A stretch of 60,737 nt of DNA, taken from positions 1 to 60,737 of IMG/VR virus record IMGVR_UViG_3300025699_000009; one strand, written 5' to 3'. The notes under the pieces are model-generated. The model ran no database searches, had not been told where the DNA came from, and saw only the letters and a list, made by a program, of their open reading frames with translations. A program made the position numbers and the translations under genes. The first letter of the stretch is position 1, and each line of letters begins with the position of its first letter. Source of the stretch: a virus. Its lineage: Duplodnaviria; Caudoviricetes. This document shows positions 47,350 to 55,868 of this stretch, in pieces.

Positions 47350-47760
47350 ATGAAGACATACTTCAACGAAGAAGGACAGCATCAAGCTGACTTCGATAGG
47401 ATGTGGGACGCATACGTACCCGCACAAGGCGAGGCTGACACAGCACACGGAGAAGCCATCCGTATCATCGCGCGATTCTCTTACGACATCTACAACAACG
47501 GAGGAGGCAACCTCTTCGAGAATGATGAAGACTACACTTGGAATCCTTACTACTCAGCCATGGCTGACAACCTCACAGAGTTCATGATAGGTTCAGGGTT
47601 GGATATCAGGCGAGAGATACGCCATGTAGTAACAGTTGGTATTGACCGACATGGATGGGATGAAGTTGTATCCCGATTCGAACCATTGATGGATGCCGTC
47701 ATCAGACGCGCACTGCACGAAGAAGAAGTTTCATTATCTAAAAAAGAACACCATGCCTAA
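47350..47760 (+). CDS. Early hypothetical protein (136 aa)
   Basis: VPAQGEADT..GE.IR...YDIYNNGGGN pattern seen in phage early proteins. Confidence 0.75.
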   Translation: MKTYFNEEGQHQADFDRMWDAYVPAQGEADTAHGEAIRIIARFSYDIYNNGGGNLFENDEDYTWNPYYSAMADNLTEFMIGSGLDIRREIRHVVTVGIDRHGWDEVVSRFEPLMDAVIRRALHEEEVSLSKKEHHA

Positions 47761-47986
47761 TATGTCATACTGCCGTTTTGAAAACACGTCCAACGACCTT
47801 GAGGATTGCGTAGATGCAATCAACAGCGAGCGATGCTTACGCGATGAAGGACTCGACAAGTACGAGCGAAGAGGGTTACTGAAGATACTAAATCTTGCCA
47901 AGCAAATTGTCAAGGAAGAAGAGTACATCCGCAAGCTACTAACTCACGACCATAGACCATGGAACGAACCTCATAGCAATGGGTAG
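47753..47986 (+). CDS. Early hypothetical protein (77 aa, NMSYCRFENT..DL.DC)
   Basis: Recurrent phage motif; start at the ATG at 47753. Confidence 0.7.
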   Translation: MPNMSYCRFENTSNDLEDCVDAINSERCLRDEGLDKYERRGLLKILNLAKQIVKEEEYIRKLLTHDHRPWNEPHSNG

Positions 47987-48023
47987 CTGTGCTTGAGAGA
48001 CTGCACAGCATCCATACGGGGGG

Positions 48024-48047
48024 TGGTGGGGGTTCAAACCCCCACCA
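48024..48047 (+). repeat. GGGGGTTYRAACCCCC hairpin element
   Basis: TGGTGGGGGTTCAAACCCCCACCA. Confidence 0.9.
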
Positions 48048-48080
48048 TCTTTCTCCCCTAAAAAAAAATATCTCTCATCA

Positions 48081-48112
48081 TTTGGAATTAGACATCTTTT
48101 GTACTATCTTTG
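48081..48112 (+). promoter_or_regulatory. Early promoter P3
   Basis: TTTG-N20-TATCTTTG with GAATTAGACAT in the spacer. Confidence 0.8.
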
Positions 48113-48143
48113 TACAATCATTAATCATTTAAACACATCTCTC

Positions 48144-49175
48144 ATGTGCGTTATCATTATCAAACAACAGACCGACAAGGTCATAGACCAAACCATACTG
48201 CGCTCGTCTGCGCGTATCAACCCACACGGGTTAGGAGTTACATGGCTCGACACATTCAAGACAGAGTACTATAACTCAGCAGACTACGATGTGCTTGAAA
48301 CCAAGCGACCCTTCATCGCACACTTCCGATACGCTACCATAGGTGGGGTGACTCAGCACAATATGCACCCATTCGTATGCGGTACTCAAGACCACGAGCT
48401 ACTCATGATGAACGGTACAATCAAAGGATTGGGTGACAAGACAGATTGCGACAGCCGAGTTCTAGCAGGTATGCTCGGAGAACTGCCGCGTGATACATGG
48501 AAGGATACATTGGAGGAGCACGAGTGCCGATTCACTACCATCAATACCAAGGCTCGCACCTTTGAGATATACAACGAAGATATGTGGCACACGCATGACG
48601 GCATCATGTACTCAAAGCCCAACGTCCTGTTCACCAACACGATTGCGGTATACGGTACGCTCAAGAAGGGACAGGGCAATCACCCACGATTCCTGTCACG
48701 AGCAGAGTTCGTAGGTTCAGGTATCACGCAGGACAAGTACCCGCTCTTGATTGACGGACTACCTTACCTGCTACCTGAAAAGGGGACAGGTCACCGAGTA
48801 GAGATGCACGTGTTCCGTGTGACGGACGAGATGCTATACGATGTGGACATACTCGAAGGTCATCCACGTTGGTATGTGCGTGAGCAGATACCTGTCCATG
48901 TGGGTAGCGAGACGCACATGGCTTGGACATACTTCAACCCCAAGCACCGACAGCCATCTGATGAGATGCACTACACGTTCCCTGCGCCCTCACCATGGGA
49001 CGCTGATATGGCTGAAGACGATGAGCTTCTGCCCCTTGAATATGGCAACGCATACTACTGCCTTAATTGCTTCAACGCGGTAGAGAAAGATAACTCAGCC
49101 TTTGATACATACACCTGCAAGACTTGCAGTGAGAGCTTTGATGAAGCAGAACTAAACCAATACAAATTATTCTAA
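48144..49175 (+). CDS. Class II glutamine amidotransferase fused to gamma-glutamylcyclotransferase (AIG2-like) and a Zn ribbon (343 aa)
   Basis: N-terminal MC, NPHG.G, HFRYAT.G, HPF, NGTI, DSR; then VYGTLK.G..NH, LEGHP..Y.R, AW.Y; CLNC/CKTC at the C-terminus. Confidence 0.85.
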   Translation: MCVIIIKQQTDKVIDQTILRSSARINPHGLGVTWLDTFKTEYYNSADYDVLETKRPFIAHFRYATIGGVTQHNMHPFVCGTQDHELLMMNGTIKGLGDKTDCDSRVLAGMLGELPRDTWKDTLEEHECRFTTINTKARTFEIYNEDMWHTHDGIMYSKPNVLFTNTIAVYGTLKKGQGNHPRFLSRAEFVGSGITQDKYPLLIDGLPYLLPEKGTGHRVEMHVFRVTDEMLYDVDILEGHPRWYVREQIPVHVGSETHMAWTYFNPKHRQPSDEMHYTFPAPSPWDADMAEDDELLPLEYGNAYYCLNCFNAVEKDNSAFDTYTCKTCSESFDEAELNQYKLF

Positions 49176-49429
49176 TGGACAAGAATAGAATACCCGACTG
49201 CCTTAATTGGATGACCGATGACATGGTAGGTGCAGGAGCACCTGCCGATGCAGGTGAAGCCAAGTTAAACGAATGGCTCTATGAGTTCTTTGACGAGTAC
49301 GAATCAGGAATCATGGAGTACATACAAAACGCCATGCAAGAGTTCGTGCAATCAAAAGAACCTGTAGAGTACGGAGAAGATGAGCGAGGATGCGACAAGT
49401 ACCATCAACAAAAAGATGACGCGCTATGA
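49175..49429 (+). CDS. Acidic hypothetical protein (84 aa)
   Basis: TAATG-coupled. Confidence 0.6.
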   Translation: MDKNRIPDCLNWMTDDMVGAGAPADAGEAKLNEWLYEFFDEYESGIMEYIQNAMQEFVQSKEPVEYGEDERGCDKYHQQKDDAL

Positions 49430-49605
49430 GTGACAACATAACACCACTGAGTAAAGAGATAGCTCAGGTCATAATGAATCGGATTGTCCTTAAACGCATA
49501 ACACCATCAGGCGTTGATGACTACAAGGATATAATGAGTGAGATAGAATCAGCGGTAAGCGAGATGCTAGTACAAATAGATAACCACTTTTGCGATGAAC
49601 AGTAA
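49426..49605 (+). CDS. Hypothetical protein (59 aa)
   Basis: Hand-translated; ATGA-coupled. Confidence 0.5.
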   Translation: MSDNITPLSKEIAQVIMNRIVLKRITPSGVDDYKDIMSEIESAVSEMLVQIDNHFCDEQ

Positions 49606-49741
49606 AGAGATACAAGGCTTGATTGAATACGTAGAGAATCCTGACAACAGGATGCAAGGCGGATACCACGTAACAGACGTGGAGATGTTAAACATAGTGA
49701 TGAATAAACTTAAAAGATTAGCAAAAAATATAGAGCAATGA
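49595..49741 (+). CDS. Hypothetical protein (48 aa)
   Basis: Hand-translated; ATGA-coupled to the next gene. Confidence 0.5.
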   Translation: MNSKEIQGLIEYVENPDNRMQGGYHVTDVEMLNIVMNKLKRLAKNIEQ

Positions 49742-50097
49742 ATCACACATTTAAAAACAACGGTCTGATTGCAGACTTTATGGGGAAGCCCCGACACCAA
49801 GAGTACAAGACCTTCTTCAGGGTAGAGAACGAGGACGGCTCTGTAGGTATGGTACACGCTGAAGACTTCAAGTATCACACCTCGTGGGATTGGCTGATGC
49901 CTGTGGTACAAAAGATAAGCAACATGAAAGAGGTGGAGGTTGAGTTCACTATAGGTGACAGGTTTGTTTGGGTGACTGCTGAATTCGGGGACAGCGTGTT
50001 CTTTAGCGGTAATAACCCTGAAGACAAGAAAGAACCAATGATATCAAAAGTTTATCGTGGGGTTGTGAGTTACATAGAAAAAACATCAGAGCAATGA
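49738..50097 (+). CDS. Hypothetical protein (119 aa, LIADFMG / YHTSWDWLMPVV motif)
   Basis: Motif recurrent in Bacteroidota phages. Confidence 0.75.
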   Translation: MNHTFKNNGLIADFMGKPRHQEYKTFFRVENEDGSVGMVHAEDFKYHTSWDWLMPVVQKISNMKEVEVEFTIGDRFVWVTAEFGDSVFFSGNNPEDKKEPMISKVYRGVVSYIEKTSEQ

Positions 50098-50300
50098 ACA
50101 AAAAGACATACCCATTCAGTGAAGGAGACGAGTACTACTCAGTGGTCACCCGCGATGACGGACGAACAGAACTAATTTGGTCTATATGGGATGACGTCAG
50201 CGAAGAGATGCATGACAAAAATCCTCAGCAACTTTACTACACCACCAACCACGCACTTGAATTGGCTCGCATCAAGCCATGCTCAATTATTCTTTATTAA
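50094..50300 (+). CDS. Hypothetical protein (68 aa)
   Basis: ATGA-coupled. Confidence 0.6.
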   Translation: MNKKTYPFSEGDEYYSVVTRDDGRTELIWSIWDDVSEEMHDKNPQQLYYTTNHALELARIKPCSIILY

Positions 50301-50314
50301 ACTATATTTACACC

Positions 50315-50563
50315 ATGGCTGTACTAATTAAATCAGATGGTAGTCAGCACGACTACCCAAACTACACCACCCTCGAAGGCAAGCAAGCCGCTGTCGGTGG
50401 ATACATTGAACCCGTATACCTTGACAACAAGGTGTTACTCGTGAATGAAGAAGGTCTCATTCATCAGCTACCCGTTAACGAAACCGCTTCCGCGATGGCA
50501 CAGCAGATACTTGTTGGTGACATCCTTCTCCTGACGAGGGAAGAGTGGAACGAAAACAATTGA
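50315..50563 (+). CDS. DUF3846-like protein (82 aa)
   Basis: LE..Q.AVGGYIE.V, VNEEG....LPVN, LVGD; -7 box TATATTTA 4 nt upstream. Confidence 0.75.
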   Translation: MAVLIKSDGSQHDYPNYTTLEGKQAAVGGYIEPVYLDNKVLLVNEEGLIHQLPVNETASAMAQQILVGDILLLTREEWNENN

Positions 50564-50564
50564 T

Positions 50565-50936
50565 ATGAAAGAATTTTTTAAAGGGGCGTTGGTCAACGCC
50601 AAGTATTACGGCGACACTGAAGCCCGCATCGCAGAGCTGAAGAAGCTCCAAGGAAAAGAAAAGTATAATGTATCAGACCTATCCAAGTTTGGTAAGCTTA
50701 TGCCACGCGAAAAGTTTGAGGAACAGTACCCGTTCCTGTGCGACAACCTACACAAAGATTGCACAGACGTGTGGATGTATCTTCAGAACTATTTCGTGCA
50801 AGCACTGAACACTGGAAGGTTCTACAACAATCAGTTCACGAAACGCGGAAAGACAGAGAAGGATATCAAAAAGATAGAAGAATATATCTTTGAGAAGATA
50901 GAAAAAATGTCTAAAGAATCCTTGGTTTCTGTCTAA
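50565..50936 (+). CDS. Hypothetical protein (123 aa)
   Basis: Operon packing. Confidence 0.65.
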   Translation: MKEFFKGALVNAKYYGDTEARIAELKKLQGKEKYNVSDLSKFGKLMPREKFEEQYPFLCDNLHKDCTDVWMYLQNYFVQALNTGRFYNNQFTKRGKTEKDIKKIEEYIFEKIEKMSKESLVSV

Positions 50937-50952
50937 TAGTTTCGTATCTTTA
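50921..50952 (+). promoter_or_regulatory. Promoter P4 upstream of the replication module
   Basis: CTTG-N20-TATCTTTA with inverted motif TGTCTAAT in the spacer. Confidence 0.55.
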
Positions 50953-50976
50953 CATCATCATTAATCATTCTCTCTC

Positions 50977-51174
50977 ATGTCTAAAATTAAACAGACCCTT
51001 GGCGAAAGCCAACACGATGACACGTTCCTTGATGACACCTTCCGTGTTCAACAACGAACGATTGTACCCACACCCTACATCATAGGTGCTATTCGTCAAA
51101 TCTTTGACGACCAACTATTTGCTATCCAAATGGAGCAAGCCAAATCTAAATCTAATGAAACGAAACATCTTTGA
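50977..51174 (+). CDS. Hypothetical protein (65 aa)
   Basis: TCTCTCTC leader. Confidence 0.6.
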   Translation: MSKIKQTLGESQHDDTFLDDTFRVQQRTIVPTPYIIGAIRQIFDDQLFAIQMEQAKSKSNETKHL

Positions 51175-51457
51175 GCAATATGTATCAGCAGTAAGCCAAC
51201 GCTTCGACGTTCCCAAGGAGGAACTGTTCAGCAAGAAGAAGCATCGACACTTGGTTGATGCAAGACATATGCTGTACTACCTGTGTGCCAAGCGACCAAT
51301 GAACATCAGCTACATTCAGATGTACATGGCCGACAGCGGATACGATATCTGTCATTCATCCATCATCCATGGAATCAAGAAGGTCACCCAACAGGTAGAG
51401 GCAGACCAAGATTATCAGTCATTGATTTCTGATATCAACAATCATCTTTCATCATAA
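51155..51457 (+). CDS. DnaA C-terminal-like helix-turn-helix protein (100 aa)
   Basis: V...FDV..EELFSK.K...LVDARH...YL...HSSIIHGIKKV; start at the ATG at 51155. Confidence 0.75.
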   Translation: MKRNIFEQYVSAVSQRFDVPKEELFSKKKHRHLVDARHMLYYLCAKRPMNISYIQMYMADSGYDICHSSIIHGIKKVTQQVEADQDYQSLISDINNHLSS

Positions 51458-51476
51458 CGGGGGTTTAAACCCTCAC
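51458..51476 (+). repeat. Degenerate GGGGGTTYRAACCCCC hairpin element
   Basis: CGGGGGTTTAAACCCTCAC immediately after the stop. Confidence 0.7.
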
Positions 51477-51490
51477 TTAAATTCAACGCA

Positions 51491-52105
51491 ATGGAAAAGA
51501 AACAATCAGTGTTTCATACTTTGTCGGCTCTCAATGTCAAGGACAAAGTTCGTAAGAAGAACAACCTGAGCTACGTCTCATGGTCAGATGCTTGGGCTAT
51601 GCTCAAGAAGCTTTACCCCACCGCACAGCGCACCATCTATGAGCATGAGCATACAGGGTTCTGCTACTTTACCGACGGCAATACCGGATGGGTAAAGGTG
51701 GGCATCACAGTGGAGAACATAGAGCACATTGATATGCTACCCATCATGAACTTCCGCAACCAAAGCATCACAGTGGATAATATCACGTCGATGGATGTGA
51801 ACAAAGCAATCCAACGTGCGACAGTGAAGGCCATAGCTATGCACGGTCTTGGACTCGCCGTCTATCAGGGCGAAGACTTGGAGGACGTAGCTCCGCCCGC
51901 ACCAAAGCCCAAGCCAAAGGCAGAGGGTAAGGAGAAGCTCACCACCAAGGGTGACAAGTGGGTAGCTGCTGTCAACTACTTCACCAAGAATGCGCAGACA
52001 GATATCGCAGAGCTGTTCAAGTTCGTGGAGAAAAGCTACGACCTGCCACCACGTGTGAAGGCCAAGCTCAAGGAGGTACACGCTCAAGCTCAGACCAATG
52101 GTTGA
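51491..52105 (+). CDS. Single-strand annealing protein (Sak/DUF1071-like)
   Basis: KKNNLSYVSWSDAW...LPIMNFRN...DVNKAIQR..VKAIAMHGLGL.VY.GED. Confidence 0.8.
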   Translation: MEKKQSVFHTLSALNVKDKVRKKNNLSYVSWSDAWAMLKKLYPTAQRTIYEHEHTGFCYFTDGNTGWVKVGITVENIEHIDMLPIMNFRNQSITVDNITSMDVNKAIQRATVKAIAMHGLGLAVYQGEDLEDVAPPAPKPKPKAEGKEKLTTKGDKWVAAVNYFTKNAQTDIAELFKFVEKSYDLPPRVKAKLKEVHAQAQTNG

Positions 52106-52829
52106 TATCATTGAGCAACTCAGAGACGACTCAAACTACTACGGCAAGGTAGGTAGGCAGTATCTATCCAACTCGGACATAGGTACTTTGCTTACTAACC
52201 CCGCAGAGTTTGGTGTCAAGCGCGAAGACAATGTGAACTTTGCCAAGGGCAGGTTATTCCATCAGTCAATCCTTGAGCCGGACAAAGCACGTGACTTCTT
52301 GCACATCGATGTAAGCACACGCACTACGAAAGCATACAAGGAGTTCATCGCTGAGAACAACGTCCCTTTCTGCTTGCTGACCAAGGAGGTCAACGAGATA
52401 CTTGATTCAGTAGAGAAGATGATGTCCAACTTCACATTCTTCTCAATGATATTCAAGCAGGGTGCAACATATGAACAGCCTGCTGTTGGAGAAATCATGG
52501 GGCGTATGTGGAAGGGCAAGGCAGACATCGTTACTGACGATGCCGTGTATGACCTGAAGACAACGGGTGACATCAACAGCTTTGCTCGGTCAGCTAAGAG
52601 GTACAACTACGACAGTCAAGCCTACATCTACGAACAGTTATTCGGAAAGCGTATGCAGTTCTTAGTGATAGACAAGACGACCGGATGCCTTGGTCACTAC
52701 ACCGTATCAGATGAGTTCGTTCTCGATGGTGCGCGGAAAGTATCCAAAGCCATTGAGGTTTACGATAAGTATTTCTCTGCTGATGCACCGGATGATATCA
52801 GTTCATTCTACATAACTGATGTTCTTTAA
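52098..52829 (+). CDS. PD-(D/E)XK exonuclease (RecE C-terminal/DUF3799-like)
   Basis: LSNSDI, GRLFH..ILEP, KGKAD, DLKTT, Y.Y..QA.IY. Confidence 0.8.
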   Translation: MVDIIEQLRDDSNYYGKVGRQYLSNSDIGTLLTNPAEFGVKREDNVNFAKGRLFHQSILEPDKARDFLHIDVSTRTTKAYKEFIAENNVPFCLLTKEVNEILDSVEKMMSNFTFFSMIFKQGATYEQPAVGEIMGRMWKGKADIVTDDAVYDLKTTGDINSFARSAKRYNYDSQAYIYEQLFGKRMQFLVIDKTTGCLGHYTVSDEFVLDGARKVSKAIEVYDKYFSADAPDDISSFYITDVL

Positions 52830-52943
52830 AAGAAAAACCTTGCGGATAGAAGTTCCAACTGTCCGCGACACTTCACAAGCCAAGCAAGACTTGATTGATG
52901 CAGTGGCAATTTTTTTGGAGCATGAAATAAAAGTTACTTGCAA

Positions 52944-53255
52944 ATGTCAAATGACAAAAAAAAAGAACCCGCCATTTGGGTGGACGGTCTTCGAATCTTT
53001 GAGGTCAAGGAAGGCCAAGGCCGCTCTTGGGGAATCGGAGACATCGTGATAGACCCTGATGTGTTCATCGCTTGGTTACACAAACAACCACGTAGGGAGG
53101 ATGGTGCCGTCCGGATTGCCGTGAACCTGAGCGACCGCACAGGGAATTGGTATACCCAACTCGACACCTTCGTCCCGAAGAAGAAACAGGAGGAAGCTCC
53201 CGCACCTCAACCCGCTCCCCCGGTTGAGGCAGAGGAAGAGGACACTCCCTTCTAA
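52944..53255 (+). CDS. Putative single-stranded DNA-binding protein (103 aa)
   Basis: Beta-rich core, Pro-rich linker, acidic EEEDTPF tail; next to recombination genes. Confidence 0.65.
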   Translation: MSNDKKKEPAIWVDGLRIFEVKEGQGRSWGIGDIVIDPDVFIAWLHKQPRREDGAVRIAVNLSDRTGNWYTQLDTFVPKKKQEEAPAPQPAPPVEAEEEDTPF

Positions 53256-53259
53256 TGCA

Positions 53260-53289
53260 GGGGGGTGGGGGTTCAAACCCTCACCCCCT
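53260..53289 (+). repeat. GGGGGTTYRAACCCCC hairpin element (extended, one G-U)
   Basis: GGGGGGTGGGGGTTCAAACCCTCACCCCCT, 4 nt after the stop. Confidence 0.8.
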
Positions 53290-53308
53290 TTGTGTTAATT
53301 ATCAACGT

Positions 53309-53448
53309 CCCTATTGTTCTTTTATATTTTATTCTATCTTTACTTTCCTTCCCTTACGTGAAAGAAAAGATAACATTTTCAACATCACAACTGAAAATCA
53401 ATTAGTTACCTCCTCCAATTCAACACCATCTCGACATGACCTCGACAC
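53309..53448. other. Origin-like element B upstream of the primase gene
   Basis: AT-rich tract, IHF-type AATCAATTAGTTA, YRACAY repeats; degenerate copy of 43201-43342. Confidence 0.5.
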
Positions 53449-55868
53449 AGAAGAACACAACTATCTTCAAAAACATCCACGATACAGAGACAGCCTACTA
53501 CATTACGACTAAGAAAGCTCTTGACCGAATCAAAGACGGCACATCCAAGCCCTTGATTCAAAAGATTCGTGACCGCAACATCAGCAAGGCGGAGAGACAA
53601 GAGCTGAAGAAGCAACTGCCTGCCATCTGCTTCAGTGGAATCTTCGTTCGGCGTAAGGATGATAGCCTGCAGGAACACAGCGGTATCATCTGCTTAGACT
53701 TCGACGACTACGAAAAAAGAAAAGATTTGATGGCCGAGAAAGAACGGCTATCCAAGGACAGGTATGTTTACTCTGTCTTTGAATCACCATCAGGTCTCGG
53801 CCTGAAAGCATTGGTGCGTATCCCGCCCATCCCTGAGCGACACGTACAGTATTTCAATGCGCTTGATAAATACTTCAGTAGCCCACACTTCGATAAATCA
53901 AGTAAGAATGTTGGGCGTGTATGCTATGAATCATACGACCCCACCATCCACATCAATTCTGAATCAGAGGTATGGACTCGCATCGAAGAGCCGGAGTACC
54001 TAGAGGTGGTGGCGCATCGTGACCCACCGACCATACCAATAACAGACGAGACAAAGATTGTAGACATCCTCATTAAGTGGTGGATAAAGAAGTACCCAAT
54101 GGTGGAAGGGCAACGCAACCACAACACCTTCGTACTTGCCATGGCCTTCAATGATTATGGTATCAACAAAAGCTTAGCATCCCACGTGCTACGTCAGTAC
54201 GCATCATCTGACTTCACGCAGGAAGAGATTACTCGCACGATTGATTCAGCGTACAGCCACACCGAGAACTTCAACACGAAGTATTATGAGGATGACGGGC
54301 ACATCAATCAAGTCAAGACCTTGCTCAAAAGCGGAGTGTCAAAAAAAGAAATCCGCTCTCAACTAAAAGAAACCTGCAATCTTGAGAGCGATGTAATAGA
54401 TGCAGTGCTGAGCCGACTCGAAGAAGAGAATGAGCAGGTATCCTTTTGGACGAAGTCAGAGAAGGGTGTAATCAAGATAGACCACCTTGAGTTCAAGAAC
54501 TTCTTGGAAGAGCATGGCTTCTACAAGTATTGTCCCGAAGCAAGCAAGAACTATGTGTTCGTCAAGGTGACCAACAACCTGATTGACCATACGTCAGAGA
54601 AAGAGATTAAGGATTTCATTCTGTCGTACCTGCTTACCATCGACGACCGCACCATCTATAACTTCTTCGCTGACTCAGTGCGATTCTTTCGCGAGGAGTT
54701 CTTAACCCTGCTTGCAACGATAGACATCTACTTCATCAAGGATACCAAGGATGCATCCTACCTGTACTACCTGAACTGCGCAGTTAAGATTGCGACCGAT
54801 GGCATCAGCATCATAGACTACATCGACCTTGGTGGATACGTATGGAAGGAGCACGTCATCAACCGCAACTTCTTGGAGTGTGAGTACGAGGGCTGTGACT
54901 TCTCTATGTTCATCGGCAACGTGTGCAACAATAACGAGAGCAGGAAAGAAACCATGGAGAGTACCATCGGTTACCTAATGCATGGATACAAGAACCTGAG
55001 CTACTGCCCTGCCGTCATCCTCAATGACGAGGTCATCTCTGATAACCCTGAAGGGGGGACAGGCAAGGGATTAATCATGAACGCTTTGTCGCATATGAAG
55101 AAGCTCGTCGTTATCGATGGCAAGGCGTTTGCCTTTGAGCGTTCCTTCCCGTATCAGTTGGTGTCTGCTGACACACAGATTCTCTGCTTCGATGACGTAA
55201 AGAAAAGCTTTGACTTCGAGCGATTGTTCAGCGTGGTTACCGAAGGCTTGACCCTTGAGAAGAAGAACAAGGATGCTATCAAGATTCCCTTTGACAAGTC
55301 TCCGAAGATTGCCATCACAACTAACTACGCTATCAAGGGTGCAGGCAATAGCTTCGCCCGAAGGAAGTGGGAGCTTGAGCTACATCAGCACTACAACAAA
55401 AGCAACACCCCGGTGATGGAGTTTGGTAAACACTTCTTTGCTGATTGGGATGACGAGGATTGGTGCAGGTTTGACAACTACATGATTCACTGCCTTATCA
55501 AATACTTGGACAAGGGATTGGTTAAGAGCGCATTCATCAACCTCGGTATACGTCAGCTCTCTGCGGCTACATCACATGACTTCATCGAGTGGTGCGGACT
55601 CATCAACAACCAACAACCCAACAGGCTGTTAGCTCTGCATGAGAAGAACCACATGAACGACATCTATGTGGACTTCATCACTGAGTATCCTGACTATGCG
55701 CCCAAGGCAAAGATGACTATCTCTCGTCAGATGTTTCACCGATGGCTTGTGAGTTACGCTATGTACAAGCATGGCGTAGAGCCGGAGACAGGAAGAGATG
55801 CACGAGGTAAGTGGATGCGTATGCGACACAAGCATGAGCTTGAGGTACAAACATCCTTCCCGGTATGA
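53436..55868 (+). CDS. Primase-helicase (VirE-N/BT4734-like primase, PriCT, P-loop helicase; 810 aa)
   Basis: KKQLPAICFSG, CLDFD, SPSG.GLK, GQRN...F.LA, Walker A GGTGKG, Walker B LCFDD, ITTN. Confidence 0.85.
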   Translation: MTSTQKNTTIFKNIHDTETAYYITTKKALDRIKDGTSKPLIQKIRDRNISKAERQELKKQLPAICFSGIFVRRKDDSLQEHSGIICLDFDDYEKRKDLMAEKERLSKDRYVYSVFESPSGLGLKALVRIPPIPERHVQYFNALDKYFSSPHFDKSSKNVGRVCYESYDPTIHINSESEVWTRIEEPEYLEVVAHRDPPTIPITDETKIVDILIKWWIKKYPMVEGQRNHNTFVLAMAFNDYGINKSLASHVLRQYASSDFTQEEITRTIDSAYSHTENFNTKYYEDDGHINQVKTLLKSGVSKKEIRSQLKETCNLESDVIDAVLSRLEEENEQVSFWTKSEKGVIKIDHLEFKNFLEEHGFYKYCPEASKNYVFVKVTNNLIDHTSEKEIKDFILSYLLTIDDRTIYNFFADSVRFFREEFLTLLATIDIYFIKDTKDASYLYYLNCAVKIATDGISIIDYIDLGGYVWKEHVINRNFLECEYEGCDFSMFIGNVCNNNESRKETMESTIGYLMHGYKNLSYCPAVILNDEVISDNPEGGTGKGLIMNALSHMKKLVVIDGKAFAFERSFPYQLVSADTQILCFDDVKKSFDFERLFSVVTEGLTLEKKNKDAIKIPFDKSPKIAITTNYAIKGAGNSFARRKWELELHQHYNKSNTPVMEFGKHFFADWDDEDWCRFDNYMIHCLIKYLDKGLVKSAFINLGIRQLSAATSHDFIEWCGLINNQQPNRLLALHEKNHMNDIYVDFITEYPDYAPKAKMTISRQMFHRWLVSYAMYKHGVEPETGRDARGKWMRMRHKHELEVQTSFPV

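Noticed and set aside
43804-48047. Repeated palindromes as a CRISPR array
   Set aside because: Copies are about 1 kb apart and separated by genes, with no regular spacers and no cas genes.
50531-50560. CTGACGAG...CGAAA hammerhead-like words
   Set aside because: No stem II pairing; lies inside the DUF3846-like coding sequence.
52819-53049. 76-aa ORF between the exonuclease and SSB genes
   Set aside because: Overlaps the SSB-like gene by about 100 nt and has no recognisable motif; may be real but is not supportable.
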